A stretch of DNA of 63,909 nt, counting the filler, from Bdellovibrionales bacterium RIFOXYD12_FULL_39_22 (GTDB lineage: Bacteria > Bdellovibrionota > Bacteriovoracia > Bacteriovoracales > Bacteriovoracaceae): the NCBI GenBank assembly GCA_001770205.1. It is 6 parts of 6 records of this genome, joined end to end, with 100 filler letters (N's around TTAATTAATTAA, not from the genome) between each part and the next. Parts side by side here need not be neighbours in the genome. Positions count along the whole stretch, not along the records: positions 1 to 12,104 come from MEQL01000001.1; 5 more parts are not named here. The stretch is one strand, 5' to 3'. The notes beneath the pieces are model-generated. The model was not told the origin of the DNA. It did not search any database and was given only the letters and a program-made list of their open reading frames with translations. A program made the position numbers and the translations under genes. Shown here one piece after another: positions 1-10,918 of the stretch. Within the stretch, counting starts at the first letter, position 1, and every line of letters begins with the position of its first letter.

Positions 1-595
1 TTTTAGAAATATTTTTATCCTCAAAATTCTTAGTCAAAGCGCGATGTGGGGCACATCCATTATTCTTGGGCCCATAAAGATATTGAACTAAGGACTGAAC
101 TCCCTCGTTCATTGTTTTTGCCGAGCAAGCAAAACCCCACAGGCATTTTCGCTTTGATTTCCATCCTGACTCAGCAATGGCCCACCCGATTGTAAGCAAC
201 AATGCACTATCATTCCAACTTGCTGTTTTTGATATCTCCACACGACCATCATCTTTTCCATTTTTCAGTGCCTCAAAAATTTCAGGGGCAGTACTTAGGC
301 AAAAACGCTTGTGTGAATCAGGTACACGCTTAAGTGCTTTTTTAACGGCCTCAACATAGTTATCGCCACATTTGTAGTCTGCTGTGATTAATTCATTGAA
401 AGCACCCACTGGATCTATCAGATCATCAATACCAACTTCACCCTCTCCACTATCTTCATCATCTTCGCAATATTCATCCTCTTCACATATCTTAATAACT
501 TGCTTGCCATCAGATGAAGCATTTTTATCGCCGGCAACCAAACAAGTCCTGCCGAGCACTAAAGATAGCAGTAGTGGCCAATAAAATGATTTCAT
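1..595 (-). CDS. Secreted hypothetical protein, 3' end runs off the window; possible lysozyme-like (GH73/SLT) motif
   Basis: Read by hand: ATG at 595 with GGAGG upstream; MKSFYWPLLLSLVLG... open to position 1; contains WAIAESGW. Confidence 0.6.
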   Translation of the reverse strand, partial: MKSFYWPLLLSLVLGRTCLVAGDKNASSDGKQVIKICEEDEYCEDDEDSGEGEVGIDDLIDPVGAFNELITADYKCGDNYVEAVKKALKRVPDSHKRFCLSTAPEIFEALKNGKDDGRVEISKTASWNDSALLLTIGWAIAESGWKSKRKCLWGFACSAKTMNEGVQSLVQYLYGPKNNGCAPHRALTKNFEDKNISK

Positions 596-705
596 TCCAC
601 CCTCCGCCCAGACTTATCGCCATAGAAATTAATTATCTTTAAATATCTTTTTGCTTTGTTTTTTGTAGCGAATTGATCGAATTGATCTAGATGAACTCGT
701 TTCTT

Positions 706-1200
706 CTACTTATCGTAGGTCTCATAAACCCATGAAAAATCACTATTATAATCTTTTTTATCAAAACTCTCTGTCGTCGTTAGACGCATTTGCGAGAAAT
801 CAAAGGGAGGGAAAAAGGCATCGGCCACACCTTGGTAGTCCACTCTAGTCAAGTATATCTTATTAGCAATTTTTAGTGCTTCAGCATAGACGTTTGCACC
901 GCCGCAAATAAAAAGCTCACTTTCCCCATTTTTCTTCGCTACCGCGCAGGCCGACTCAAGCGAAGAGGCGCGCAAACAATCACCACTCAGCATCAAACTT
1001 TTATTGTTCGTCAGCACGATCATTACTCTTCCGGCCAAAGGGCCCCCGATTGATTCATAAGTTTTTCGGCCAACTATAATATGGTGGCCCATGGTAAGTT
1101 TTTTAAACCGCTTTAGATCAGCAGGAATATGCCATGGCATCTTATTATTAAGTCCGATCTCACCATTTTTACCAATGGCAACAATGATGGAAACAATCAT
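706..1200 (-). CDS. folA: Dihydrofolate reductase
   Basis: IG...[26 protein letters not shown] and DAFFP motifs; overlaps thyA stop. Confidence 0.97.
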   Translation of the reverse strand: MIVSIIVAIGKNGEIGLNNKMPWHIPADLKRFKKLTMGHHIIVGRKTYESIGGPLAGRVMIVLTNNKSLMLSGDCLRASSLESACAVAKKNGESELFICGGANVYAEALKIANKIYLTRVDYQGVADAFFPPFDFSQMRLTTTESFDKKDYNSDFSWVYETYDK

Positions 1201-1991
1201 ACCGCCACCTTGGCCTTAATATGAGGATGGGATTGGTAATTTACTAATTTAAAATCATCATATTTAAATTCGAAAATATTTTTTACTTGCAGATTTATTT
1301 CCATTTGTGGAAGTGGATAGGGTTGGCGTGTTAATTGTTCCTGGGCCTGATCAATATGATTAGAGTAAAGATGAGCATCGCCTAGTGTGTGAATAAATTC
1401 GCCCAATCCTAAATTTGTTACTTGTGCCAACATCATCGTAAAAAGGGCGTATGAAGCTACATTAAACGGCACACCCAAAAAAACATCCGCCGATCGCTGA
1501 TATAACTGACAAGAGAGTCGACGATTTGCCACATAAAATTGCACAAATGCATGACAGGGAGGAAGTGCCATTTTTGATAGTTCTCCAACATTCCAGGCAG
1601 AGACAATTAGGCGGCGAGAATCGGGATTATTTTTTATATCGTGTATAAGTCCAGAGATCTGATCGACAGTAGTACCATCTGCACTTTTCCATTTTCGCCA
1701 CTGCTCTCCGTAGACCGGCCCTAAATTACCTTTTTCATCGGCCCACTCATCCCAAATAGATACTTTATTTTCTTTAAGATATTTTATATTCGTATCGCCT
1801 TGTAAAAACCATAATAGTTCATGAATAATGGAGCGTAGATGTAATTTTTTAGTGGTCACCAGTGGAAATCCGACATTCAAATCATAGCGTGCTTGATATC
1901 CAAACAGAGAAAGTGTTCCCGTTCCCGTACGATCAGATTTTTCATGGCCATTATCCAAAACATGCTTCATTAAATCTAAATATTGTTTCAT
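1197..1991 (-). CDS. thyA: Thymidylate synthase
   Basis: [20 protein letters not shown] and [14 protein letters not shown] motifs; 264 aa. Confidence 0.99.
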   Translation of the reverse strand: MKQYLDLMKHVLDNGHEKSDRTGTGTLSLFGYQARYDLNVGFPLVTTKKLHLRSIIHELLWFLQGDTNIKYLKENKVSIWDEWADEKGNLGPVYGEQWRKWKSADGTTVDQISGLIHDIKNNPDSRRLIVSAWNVGELSKMALPPCHAFVQFYVANRRLSCQLYQRSADVFLGVPFNVASYALFTMMLAQVTNLGLGEFIHTLGDAHLYSNHIDQAQEQLTRQPYPLPQMEINLQVKNIFEFKYDDFKLVNYQSHPHIKAKVAV

Positions 1992-2021
1992 TTTTACCTT
2001 TTGTTTGACTATACTGATGTG

Positions 2022-3212
2022 ATGGAAAGAAGCATAACAGGACTAGAAAGATTATGCCAAGAGAGTACTTGGCAAAAAAAAATTAAAGGCAACGTCGCAT
2101 ATCTCTGCCATCAGGCCTCGGTAGATAGCAACTATAACTGGGGGCCAGCACTCTTACAAAAACTTTTAGGCAAACGCCTGGTTGCCCTTTGGGGCCCACA
2201 GCACGGACTCGTTACCAATGTGCAAGATAACATGATTGAAAGCCCGGACTTTATTCATCCTTATTTTAAAATTCCAGTATATAGCCTCTATTCTCACACT
2301 CGCGCGCCAACTCCGCAGATGTTACAAAACATTGACACGCTCATCGTTGACTTACAGGACGTGGGCACTAGAGTCTACACCTACATTTGGACACTTTCCC
2401 ATATTATGGAGAGCTGCGCAGGACGAGATATAAACTTGGTAATTCTTGACCGTCCCAATCCAGTAAATGGACTGACAATTGAAGGAAATCTTTTAGATTT
2501 AAATTTTTCTTCCTTTGTTGGCCGCCTTCCTCTTCCTATGCGACATGCCATGACGATCGGAGAGGTCGCCCTTTTTTTTAAAAAGCACTACAAGCTTGAT
2601 TGCCAGTTAGAGATAATTCCTATGGAGAATTGGCAGCGCTTTCAATATTTTGATCAAACAGGACTTCCTTGGATTCTTCCTTCTCCCAATCTTCCCAACA
2701 GTGAAAGCGCCTTAGTTTTTTTGTCCACAGTGCTTTTTGAAGGAACAAATATTTCCGAAGGAAGAGGAACCACTAAAAGCTTAGAGGTAATTGGCCATCC
2801 TCTACTTGAGCCCTGCGCACTGAGCGAACAACTTACCACTCTCTTTGCTAAAGAGAAGTTGTCCGGATGCAAATTACGCCCAATATATTTTCTTCCCATG
2901 TTTCAAAAACATATGGGAGTTGGTTGTGGGGGAGTACAAATTCATGTGGCCAATCGCGAGCACTTTGCGCCTTGGAAAGTAGGCCAATACCTTTGCAAAT
3001 TTTTATATCATCACCTAGAATCTAATTTTTCTTGGAAATCTCCTCCTTATGAGTATGAGTATGAGAAGCTACCTATTGATTTAATAAACGGAACAGATAA
3101 AATTCGTAATTGGATTGAAAAAAATGGATCTATGGAAGAGCTTCTCTTGATCGAAAATTATCAATTAGATAATTTTTTAAATCTTCGCCAAGAAATTCTT
3201 ATTTACCGATAA
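2022..3212 (+). CDS. namZ: DUF1343 family exo-beta-N-acetylmuramidase (NamZ/YbbC-like)
   Basis: [30 protein letters not shown] and SEGRGT motifs; ATG 2022 preferred over the start at 1983 that overlaps thyA. Confidence 0.88.
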   Translation: MERSITGLERLCQESTWQKKIKGNVAYLCHQASVDSNYNWGPALLQKLLGKRLVALWGPQHGLVTNVQDNMIESPDFIHPYFKIPVYSLYSHTRAPTPQMLQNIDTLIVDLQDVGTRVYTYIWTLSHIMESCAGRDINLVILDRPNPVNGLTIEGNLLDLNFSSFVGRLPLPMRHAMTIGEVALFFKKHYKLDCQLEIIPMENWQRFQYFDQTGLPWILPSPNLPNSESALVFLSTVLFEGTNISEGRGTTKSLEVIGHPLLEPCALSEQLTTLFAKEKLSGCKLRPIYFLPMFQKHMGVGCGGVQIHVANREHFAPWKVGQYLCKFLYHHLESNFSWKSPPYEYEYEKLPIDLINGTDKIRNWIEKNGSMEELLLIENYQLDNFLNLRQEILIYR

Positions 3213-3252
3213 AAGGATTTTACTCAAAACATTTATTGGAGTAATTTACCCT

Positions 3253-4623
3253 ATGGATTATTTTTCTGATCTCGCCAACTGGCTTGCTAGCTGTTTTTGG
3301 GGCCTGCATTTTGTTTTTATAATTGCTGCCAGCGGCGTTATTTTTACTGTTTATTTGCAATTTCCACAAATTCGTTTTTTTTACCATGCCCTACGCGTAA
3401 TTGTGGGAAAATATATAAATCCTCGTCAACGAATACGAGGAGAGCTCTCCAGTTTTCGCGCTTTCTGTAGTGCTATTTCTACGCCCATTGGACTAGGAAG
3501 TATTGCGGGAGTATCTATTGCCATAACCACGGGTGGGCCGGGATCAGTATTTTGGATGTGGGTTGCCGGATTAATAGGCATGGCCACCAAACTAGTTTCA
3601 ATCACCGCCGCCATGCTTCATCACGGCGAAGACAAAAAAGAAAATATTATTCAAAAAATTGGGCCGATGTTCACCATAAAAAATGGACTACCGACAACTC
3701 TACACTGGATGGCCGCACTTTACTGCGTTCTGACTATTTTAGTTTCTCTTGGGGCGGGAAATTTATTTCAATCTAACCAAATCGCCAAACTACTATCAAT
3801 CTCGTTAAACCTTCCAGAATACATATCTGGCCTTATCATCGCCACCATTGCCTTTTTTGCCATAATTAAAAAAAATTCACTGCCTGCAAATATTGTCAGC
3901 AAATTTGCCCCTTTTTTCATATTGGCATATACCATGGGGGCCGCCTGGATCATCTTTAAAAACTTTGAACAAACCAAGGAAATCTTTGCTTATATAGTCA
4001 CTAACGCCCTCCATCCAGCATCGGTGGCCGGAGGAATTGTCGGCCTTACCTCCAAAGAAATAATCATCACTGGGGCCAGACGCGCTCTTTTTTCTAATGA
4101 GGCCGGCATGGGTTCTTCGGCCATGGCGCAACGAATTGCCAGCACCAACCCAGTTCAAGAGGGAATCATTGGAATGCTTGGCCCTTTCATTGACACTATA
4201 ATCGTATCAACAATTACCGCACTCATTATTTTGATGACTAACGCCTGGAATCGCGATGGATCAATGCAGGGAATTGAGCTTAGTGCCAAGGCCTTTGTTA
4301 TAACTTTTGGCAAACACGGAATGTATTTTTTCACTCTTTTTGTACTGCTGTTTGCCTTTTCTACTATGATGACTTGGGCCAACTATGGGGAAAAGGCCTT
4401 TCATTTTCTCTTTACTAAAGCAAACTCGAACTACTACAACTACCTTTTTGTTGCTTTAATAGTAGTGGGTGCCATAGCAAGACTAGATATTATCGTCAAC
4501 CTCACCGATATAATAATTGCGTTAATGATCCTACCTAATCTCACTGCCAATCTTCTACTGATGAAAGAAGTTAAGGCAAAATTAAAAAAATATAAGATAG
4601 ACTTAAAGGCCGAACGCATATAA
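3253..4623 (+). CDS. Alanine/glycine:cation symporter (AGCS family)
   Basis: GSIAGV..AI..GGPGSVFWMW, FSNEAGMGSS and FIDTIIV motifs; multiple TM segments. Confidence 0.92.
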   Translation: MDYFSDLANWLASCFWGLHFVFIIAASGVIFTVYLQFPQIRFFYHALRVIVGKYINPRQRIRGELSSFRAFCSAISTPIGLGSIAGVSIAITTGGPGSVFWMWVAGLIGMATKLVSITAAMLHHGEDKKENIIQKIGPMFTIKNGLPTTLHWMAALYCVLTILVSLGAGNLFQSNQIAKLLSISLNLPEYISGLIIATIAFFAIIKKNSLPANIVSKFAPFFILAYTMGAAWIIFKNFEQTKEIFAYIVTNALHPASVAGGIVGLTSKEIIITGARRALFSNEAGMGSSAMAQRIASTNPVQEGIIGMLGPFIDTIIVSTITALIILMTNAWNRDGSMQGIELSAKAFVITFGKHGMYFFTLFVLLFAFSTMMTWANYGEKAFHFLFTKANSNYYNYLFVALIVVGAIARLDIIVNLTDIIIALMILPNLTANLLLMKEVKAKLKKYKIDLKAERI

Positions 4624-4706
4624 CACAACATCGCCGATAAGAGATAGATTCTTCATACAAAAAATGTTAGAGTTTTTTACATTCATAAAAATTCAGGAGC
4701 AAATAT

Positions 4707-5948
4707 ATGGTTACCATTAGAGCATTTAAGGGCATGCGGCCTAAAAAAGAGTTCGCCGAAAAAGTTGCCTCTTTTCCCTATGACGTTATCAACAGCGATG
4801 AAGCACGAGAACTGGCCCGAGGAAACCCCAACTCTTTTCTTCATGTCGTTAAGCCTGAAATTGATCTTCCCCACGATATCGATTTATATGACGATAAAGT
4901 TTATGCCAAAGGAAAAGAAAATTTTCAAAAGATGATCGACTCCAAAGTTTTAATCCAAGACGAAAGGCCTCTCCTATACATCTATAAGCAAAAGATGGGT
5001 GATCATGAGCAGTATGGATTAGTCGCTTGCGTTAGTGCTGATGAGTATAACAATAATACTATCAAAAAACATGAGCACACTCGCAAAGCAAAAGAAGATG
5101 ATCGTACTCGCCACGTACTAACGCTTAACGCTAATGACCCCGTCTTTCTAACCTATCGCGATCGCACCTCTATAGATAATATAATTGCCGACTATGTTAA
5201 AAAAAATAAGCCCGAATATGATTTTATAAAAGAAGATAAGATAACTCACACCATGTGGATAATTCGCGATGAAAAGATTATCCAATCGCTTACCAACAAT
5301 TTTAAAGAGATTGATTTTATGTATGTGGCCGATGGCCATCATCGTTCGGCATCTGCCGCTCGCGCCAAGGCCGAGCGATTGAAAACAGATCCAAATCCAA
5401 ATCCAGAAAAAGAGTACAATTACTTTTTAGCAGTAATTTTTCCAGCAACTCAGCTAATGATTATGGATTATAATCGACTGCTTTTTACTCTCAACGGACT
5501 AAGCAAAGAAGCTTTCCTAAAAAAAGTTGAAGAAAAATTTGAGATCATTGGTAAAAACAGCGTATCATCTCCTAAAAATTTAAAAGAGTTTGGCATGTAT
5601 CTAGATGGCATTTGGTACCAAATTAAAGCTAAGGCCGGAACTTTTCCCGCCTCTGATCCAGTAAACTCTCTAGATTGCGCTATTTTGCAAAACAATCTTT
5701 TAGGGCCAGTACTCGGAATTGACGATCCCAGAACCTCGGATAAAATTGATTTTGTCGGTGGAATTCGTGGTGCAAAAGAGCTCGTTCGGCGCGTTGATAG
5801 TAAAGAGTGCGCAGTGGCGTTTAAACTACATCCGGCCTCTATCAATCAACTAATGAGTGTGGCCGATGCCGGCATGGTAATGCCTCCCAAATCAACTTGG
5901 TTTGAGCCAAAATTGAGAAGCGGATTAATTATTCACCTGCTAGACTAG
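4707..5948 (+). CDS. DUF1015 family protein
   Basis: PYDVI, IKKHEHT, YVADGHHR and MPPKSTWFEPKLRSGL motifs; next to serA as is usual. Confidence 0.92.
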   Translation: MVTIRAFKGMRPKKEFAEKVASFPYDVINSDEARELARGNPNSFLHVVKPEIDLPHDIDLYDDKVYAKGKENFQKMIDSKVLIQDERPLLYIYKQKMGDHEQYGLVACVSADEYNNNTIKKHEHTRKAKEDDRTRHVLTLNANDPVFLTYRDRTSIDNIIADYVKKNKPEYDFIKEDKITHTMWIIRDEKIIQSLTNNFKEIDFMYVADGHHRSASAARAKAERLKTDPNPNPEKEYNYFLAVIFPATQLMIMDYNRLLFTLNGLSKEAFLKKVEEKFEIIGKNSVSSPKNLKEFGMYLDGIWYQIKAKAGTFPASDPVNSLDCAILQNNLLGPVLGIDDPRTSDKIDFVGGIRGAKELVRRVDSKECAVAFKLHPASINQLMSVADAGMVMPPKSTWFEPKLRSGLIIHLLD

Positions 5949-5960
5949 AGTTAAGAAAAG

Positions 5961-6000
5961 GAACTAAGTAACTAAGAAGCTAAAAAACTAAAGAACTAAG
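5961..6000 (+). repeat. Five degenerate 8-bp tandem units (GAACTAAG-like) before serA
   Basis: GAACTAAG TAACTAAG AAGCTAAA AAACTAAA GAACTAAG. Confidence 0.75.
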
Positions 6001-6009
6001 GAGTAAAAT

Positions 6010-6960
6010 ATGAGCAGGCCATTTATTGTCGTTCCAGATGGTTTTGATAAAGAGCTTTTTGCCAAACTAAAAGCAATCTCTGAATTTGAAGTTCACCCCG
6101 AGTCCAAGCTTACCCAAGAAAAACTAAAAGAACTTCTCCCACGAGTTAATGGTTTAGTTATTCGTTCGGCCACCACCGTCACTGCCGAAATGGTGGATCT
6201 TGCCCCCAATTTAAAATATGTCATTCGTGCGGGAGAGGGTACTGATAACATTGATAAAAAATATTGCCAACAAAAGGGAGTGAAAGTTTCTAATACTCCC
6301 GGGGCCAATAGTAATTCTGCCGCCGAACATGCTATCGCTCTGATGTTTACGGTTTTGCGGAAAACGGCCTGGGCCAATGAATCAATGAAACGCGGAGAGT
6401 GGGATAAGAACTCCTTTGCGGGAAATGAAGTCGCAAACAAAACGGTAGGCTTTTTAGGTTTTGGAAAAATTGGCCAAATTGTGGCACGACGCCTGGCCGG
6501 GTTTGAACCTAAAATTTTATTTTTTGATCCTACGGTAAATTCTACAGATATTCCTTACGCAGAGAGGGTGAATGATATCAAGGAAGTTTTTAAAAAGAGC
6601 GATATCATCACTATGCATCTTCCTAAAATTGATTCGACAAAAAATTTAGTCAACAAAGATTTGCTAAAACTTATGAAACCCTCTGCTATCTTAATCAATG
6701 CCGCTCGCGGCGGAATTGTAAATGAAGCAGATCTTTATGAAATACTTGCCGCCAAGAAAATACTAGGGGCCGGATTTGATGTTTTTGCAACCGAACCACT
6801 GGATAAAGATTCTAAATTGCGCACGCTACCTAATTTAGTTCTAACACCTCATCTGGGGGCCAGCACCGATGAGGCGCAACTACGAGTAGGCGAAATCGCT
6901 ATTGAAGAACTGCGAGAATTTTTTATCAACGGAAAACTTCTAAATGAAGTTAGATCTTAA
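6010..6960 (+). CDS. serA: D-3-phosphoglycerate dehydrogenase (short form) / D-2-hydroxyacid dehydrogenase
   Basis: RAGEGTDNID, NTPGANS..AAEH, GFGKIG, INAARGG and TPHLGAST.EAQ motifs. Confidence 0.85.
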   Translation: MSRPFIVVPDGFDKELFAKLKAISEFEVHPESKLTQEKLKELLPRVNGLVIRSATTVTAEMVDLAPNLKYVIRAGEGTDNIDKKYCQQKGVKVSNTPGANSNSAAEHAIALMFTVLRKTAWANESMKRGEWDKNSFAGNEVANKTVGFLGFGKIGQIVARRLAGFEPKILFFDPTVNSTDIPYAERVNDIKEVFKKSDIITMHLPKIDSTKNLVNKDLLKLMKPSAILINAARGGIVNEADLYEILAAKKILGAGFDVFATEPLDKDSKLRTLPNLVLTPHLGASTDEAQLRVGEIAIEELREFFINGKLLNEVRS

Positions 6961-7146
6961 AGCGCGAGTGATGGATTTTTTCTACAGCATCTGAGGCATT
7001 GCGATAGTTGCAATTAGCTAAAGAGTTTTTTTATTCGCTCGACAATTTAATCCATTTTTCTCTGTGTGAATACCTTTCCATTCTAAATTAGAGCTGCACT
7101 TATTATTATAAAAATGCCAACCTGTCAGCGTATGTATATAATTATA

Positions 7147-7175
7147 TTGACATTTTAACATAAGCGGCTTATGAT
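7147..7175 (+). promoter_or_regulatory. Sigma70 promoter with overlapping palindromic operator
   Basis: TTGACA(7147)-17 nt-TATGAT(7170); perfect IR CATAAGC-G-GCTTATG at 7159-7173. Confidence 0.8.
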
Positions 7176-7191
7176 CAACTAGAGGAGTTTT

Positions 7192-7470
7192 ATGAGAGCA
7201 TCAAATGGCCAACTTATTTCTGCCTATCTCGCTAAAATTGGCAAAATAGGTGGGCAAAAAAGCAAAAGAGTATTGAACAGCGAGACTGCTCGAAAAATGG
7301 TTTGTTTAAGAGAGGCCAGACGGGCCTTTAAAAAATATCATGCTCAATGTTTTTGGTCTTATGATACTGAATATAAAATCATGTTTGCCGATATCTCTTG
7401 GGTTGCAGAACAATTAATGAAAAATGGAAATAGAGCACTTTGGCAGATAGGGGTAAAGCTATGCCGTTAA
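7192..7470 (+). CDS. Putative antitoxin (DUF6922-like C-terminus)
   Basis: GAGGAG RBS; CFWSYD...WVAEQLMKNG motif; overlaps the downstream nucleotidyltransferase gene. Confidence 0.55.
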   Translation: MRASNGQLISAYLAKIGKIGGQKSKRVLNSETARKMVCLREARRAFKKYHAQCFWSYDTEYKIMFADISWVAEQLMKNGNRALWQIGVKLCR

Positions 7471-8249
7471 CAACTTTTCAGGAAGAACTAGCGATACTTC
7501 TTTCAGTTAATAGGAGTGAAGACAGTCATCTGGCGGGAGGAGCTGCACTTAATTTCGAACCTAATTCTTTTCGCTATAGTCAGGATCTCGACTATTTTCA
7601 TGATTCAGAAAAGCGTGTTGCCACGGCCTTTCAGGCCGATCGAGATCTTCTTTTGAAAAATAAATTTCAGTGTGAAATAGAGATGAATCAACCGGGGTAT
7701 ATTAGGTGTTTGGTAAAAAAAAATAAAAACGCAACCAAAGTTGAATGGGCACATGATTCTTCTTGGCGATTTATGCCTGTACAAAAACATCCACGCTGTG
7801 GCGCAATTTTGCATCCCATAGATTTGGCCATTAATAAAGTTTTAGCACTGGCCGGTAGAGATGAGGCCCGGGACTATCTAGATGTTTTGCATACCCATAA
7901 AGATATTCTTCCCTTGGGAGCACAGTGTTGGGCGGCATGTGGCAAAGATCCTGGTTTTAATCCAATCTCGCTGCTGGAGCTTCTTAAACGTCGAGGAAAA
8001 TATCGGCCCGACGATTTTTTACGACTTCATTTACGTGAGAAGGTAGATGTTCAGATTTTAAAAAAGGATTGGCTGCAAGCATTGGATAGTGCAGAACTAT
8101 TTATTAATAGTGCAATGACAAAAGAGGTCGGGTGCTTGTTTTATTCGGCCAAAGGAAAGCGATTTGTAGAACCAAATTTTAGTAAAAATAGCGCTGATAT
8201 AATTCCACACTTTGGGAGACCTGGAGGAATTCTCCCGGCCATACTATAA
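7461..8249 (+). CDS. AbiEii/AbiGii-like nucleotidyltransferase toxin
   Basis: LAGGAAL...RYSQDLDYF and NKVLALAGRDEARDYLD motifs; ATG at 7461. Confidence 0.75.
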   Translation: MPLTTFQEELAILLSVNRSEDSHLAGGAALNFEPNSFRYSQDLDYFHDSEKRVATAFQADRDLLLKNKFQCEIEMNQPGYIRCLVKKNKNATKVEWAHDSSWRFMPVQKHPRCGAILHPIDLAINKVLALAGRDEARDYLDVLHTHKDILPLGAQCWAACGKDPGFNPISLLELLKRRGKYRPDDFLRLHLREKVDVQILKKDWLQALDSAELFINSAMTKEVGCLFYSAKGKRFVEPNFSKNSADIIPHFGRPGGILPAIL

Positions 8250-8369
8250 TACTACGTGAAAGCTGCGTGAGAAATATCAAGCCTACAGCAGATTAAACCT
8301 TAACCAATTTTGAAAAAGGAATATCGTATTTCAAATATAATTTATTCCATATATGTTGAGAAGGATTTT

Positions 8370-8470
8370 CACTCAATTGTGTTAATGGATCGAGCTAGTT
8401 GGCATACTACAGAAGCTTTAAATATTCCGGCCAATATATCAATACTTCCATTTTTAATCTATCCTCCAAA
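8370..8470 (+). pseudogene. IS630-family transposase fragment
   Basis: VLMDRASWH...IPANISILP...YPP resembles the IS630 D..GWH...LPPYSP segment. Confidence 0.65.
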
Positions 8471-8574
8471 GATTCTGTTCGCTTTCGGCCAGTGCTGGAT
8501 GTGACTTTAAAGGACATTGATCTACTTTTAGAAAAATTAGAGAGGCTTTTTACCAAAGTGTAATGGTTCGTGAG

Positions 8575-10911
8575 TTATTCGACACCTAAACGCGCAAGCT
8601 CTGCTTTGGTTGATTCCACAACATCAGAATGGGTCGTTAAAAACTCTTTGAAGAGCTGTTTTTCCTTCTCATTAAGTGACTCTCGCTTTATTAAGTATTT
8701 GCTAATGTTATCGTAATCACTTTCACTGTCATATCCAAAATATTTTGTATAATGCTTTATTACGAATTTTGCAAACGCGTCACCATTGAACCCTTGTGGC
8801 AAATATTCAATAACTGTATTGGGAGAAAAATCTTCCAAAGATGCTGCTTCAACAATCTCTATAAATTTTGCCTCATCTTCGGCTGAATTTATCTCTACAT
8901 TTTCAATGCTGTCGATACTATTTAGACTGTTGACATTTCCACTGGCATCTCGTCCTAGCATAACTTTAAAAAAACGTGGTAGTAAAAAAAGTGGCATTTT
9001 TATATTTTTTTCTTGAGTCGCATAGTTATAACCATTCCCAAATGCTGATTCAAAGTATCGCTGACGATCCTCATCTGTTGTCTTTTTGTCATCTAAAAAT
9101 TTCACGGCCTCTTCTATCGGTAGCGTATCGGCTAAAATACCTTTGCTAAAATAGTCCGCCCAAGCTTTATCATCTCCACTTTTTGGAGCATTTTTTTTAA
9201 TAAGGTCAAAATAGTAGTTAACTTGATCAAGAGATTTGAATTTAGCGGCACCTATAAGGAGAAGTCCATGCGAGTATTCACTTTTTAGATAATCAAAATA
9301 TTTAATGGTATCTTTTGACTTTAAAAGTTTTTCGATTGCGTTTAGGTAGCTAGCATCATTAAATCCATGTGTAATAAGGCCCCATAGTGCCGTTTGCTGT
9401 TCAATTTTTGATTTAGAGTTAGTAAATCGTTCATCTAAAAATAGTTTCAAATCATCTTTTTTATTGCCTGACATAATGTAAACTGTCATGGCCGCAGCCT
9501 TTTGATCGGACGATTTGCCAGTTTGGGCGACCTCTTTTAGTTTGTCTAAAACTTCAGGATTAGAAAATTTAAGACAGGTCATAGCAAAAAGGCCATTTAA
9601 ATCTGAGAAAAGTTTCTCGTCTAACTCATTGAGAGAAACGTCGAGAGAAACGTCGAGGTAGGCAGGTTGATATCCTCTTCTGTTATTTTCAGCTTCAGGT
9701 GTTTCGTAACTGCAGATGGCATCTTTGGTGGCAGTAGAAACCGGTGGTGTTAAATAAGATAAAAGTGCTGCCTTTTCAATTTTTTTGTAGTCACCTTCAC
9801 CGATAACTGAAAATGATAGAAGTATTTTTGCTATTTGTAGTTTGCCAAAGGTGGTGGTGGATTTATCGAGTGATGCCAAAAGTCTCTCTTTAATCTGAGG
9901 GGATTGGTCCATTTTTTTTGCAAACTCTTTTTTTAGATTATAGTTTCCTAGAAACTCGGAGATAGTTGGGAGATAGAGTGCAAAATCGCTGCGTCCCAAA
10001 AGCTCTAGAGAAAAATCAATTCCCACTTTTGCTGGACTAAAACCAACTCTTAGCCTGCAGATATTTTGCAAGACTTCATTCATCGGATCATCGCTGCTTC
10101 CAAGTAAAAGAGCAGAGCACTGATCAAAGTTTGTTACGGATAATGCGTCAGAAATTTCTTTGTTTTTTGTTCCCCACTTTGAAAAGTTATTCATTAAGGC
10201 TATGGTTCTTTCCACTTCAACCTGCATAAGATGGTCATAGTAGTTAGGAATTTTTTCAAAATATTTGATGAGATGTTGTTTTACGCTAGCTCCACTAGGC
10301 GCAATTGAACTAAAGCCATAGAGGTGAGGGACACTTTGAAAGGCCCTGCGCATGGTATCGCGAAAGGAGGTGCCAACCGAGCCATAGCGCTGTTCAACAA
10401 TATGGGCAGCATCTCCTGCTCCAATTCCATCATTGACTAAATCATCGAAATATTGATCTGGAGTGCGGGTGTCTCCATCTTTACCAGCAAGCGTACTGCA
10501 GCCAAATAAGAATACCTCTTTTGGTGCATTCATAATCTCTTCGCAATCTTTCTTGCATGATCTGGTTTCTAGTTCTGATATTTTTAGAGATTGGCCAGAT
10601 TTTCCAAAAAAACTTCCACCAAAGTGGCCTGAGATGGCCAAAATGTCGCAAGTGATTTTTTTTTCGCAGGCCCGATTAAACCAATCTTCGCTCTGATCAG
10701 ATCCGGTGGGGACAAATTCATGAAATTTAAATTTCCCTTTGTTTGCACCATTTGATAGCTGCTTTTTAAAGACCTCTTTTTCTTCCGAAGAGTTTAAAGT
10801 CATAAAGCAGACATTCATCGGTTCGTCTTTAGCTTTTTTTTCTGCAGCAATGCTAGGTAAAATGGAGTTAATAAAAATAAAAATAGTTAGGATTATAGAT
10901 AATTTTTTCAT
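8575..10911 (-). CDS. Large secreted hypothetical protein, possible caspase-like (clan CD) N-terminal domain
   Basis: Signal peptide MKKLSIILTIF...AA; ISGHFGG and FLFGCSTLA motifs; helical C-terminus; internal 12-bp duplication at 9631-9654. Confidence 0.7.
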   Translation of the reverse strand: MKKLSIILTIFIFINSILPSIAAEKKAKDEPMNVCFMTLNSSEEKEVFKKQLSNGANKGKFKFHEFVPTGSDQSEDWFNRACEKKITCDILAISGHFGGSFFGKSGQSLKISELETRSCKKDCEEIMNAPKEVFLFGCSTLAGKDGDTRTPDQYFDDLVNDGIGAGDAAHIVEQRYGSVGTSFRDTMRRAFQSVPHLYGFSSIAPSGASVKQHLIKYFEKIPNYYDHLMQVEVERTIALMNNFSKWGTKNKEISDALSVTNFDQCSALLLGSSDDPMNEVLQNICRLRVGFSPAKVGIDFSLELLGRSDFALYLPTISEFLGNYNLKKEFAKKMDQSPQIKERLLASLDKSTTTFGKLQIAKILLSFSVIGEGDYKKIEKAALLSYLTPPVSTATKDAICSYETPEAENNRRGYQPAYLDVSLDVSLNELDEKLFSDLNGLFAMTCLKFSNPEVLDKLKEVAQTGKSSDQKAAAMTVYIMSGNKKDDLKLFLDERFTNSKSKIEQQTALWGLITHGFNDASYLNAIEKLLKSKDTIKYFDYLKSEYSHGLLLIGAAKFKSLDQVNYYFDLIKKNAPKSGDDKAWADYFSKGILADTLPIEEAVKFLDDKKTTDEDRQRYFESAFGNGYNYATQEKNIKMPLFLLPRFFKVMLGRDASGNVNSLNSIDSIENVEINSAEDEAKFIEIVEAASLEDFSPNTVIEYLPQGFNGDAFAKFVIKHYTKYFGYDSESDYDNISKYLIKRESLNEKEKQLFKEFLTTHSDVVESTKAELARLGVE

Positions 10912-10918
10912 GAGAATA

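Noticed and set aside
9631..9657. 12-bp in-frame duplication (LDVS x2)
   Set aside because: Simple slippage duplication with no sign of phase variation.
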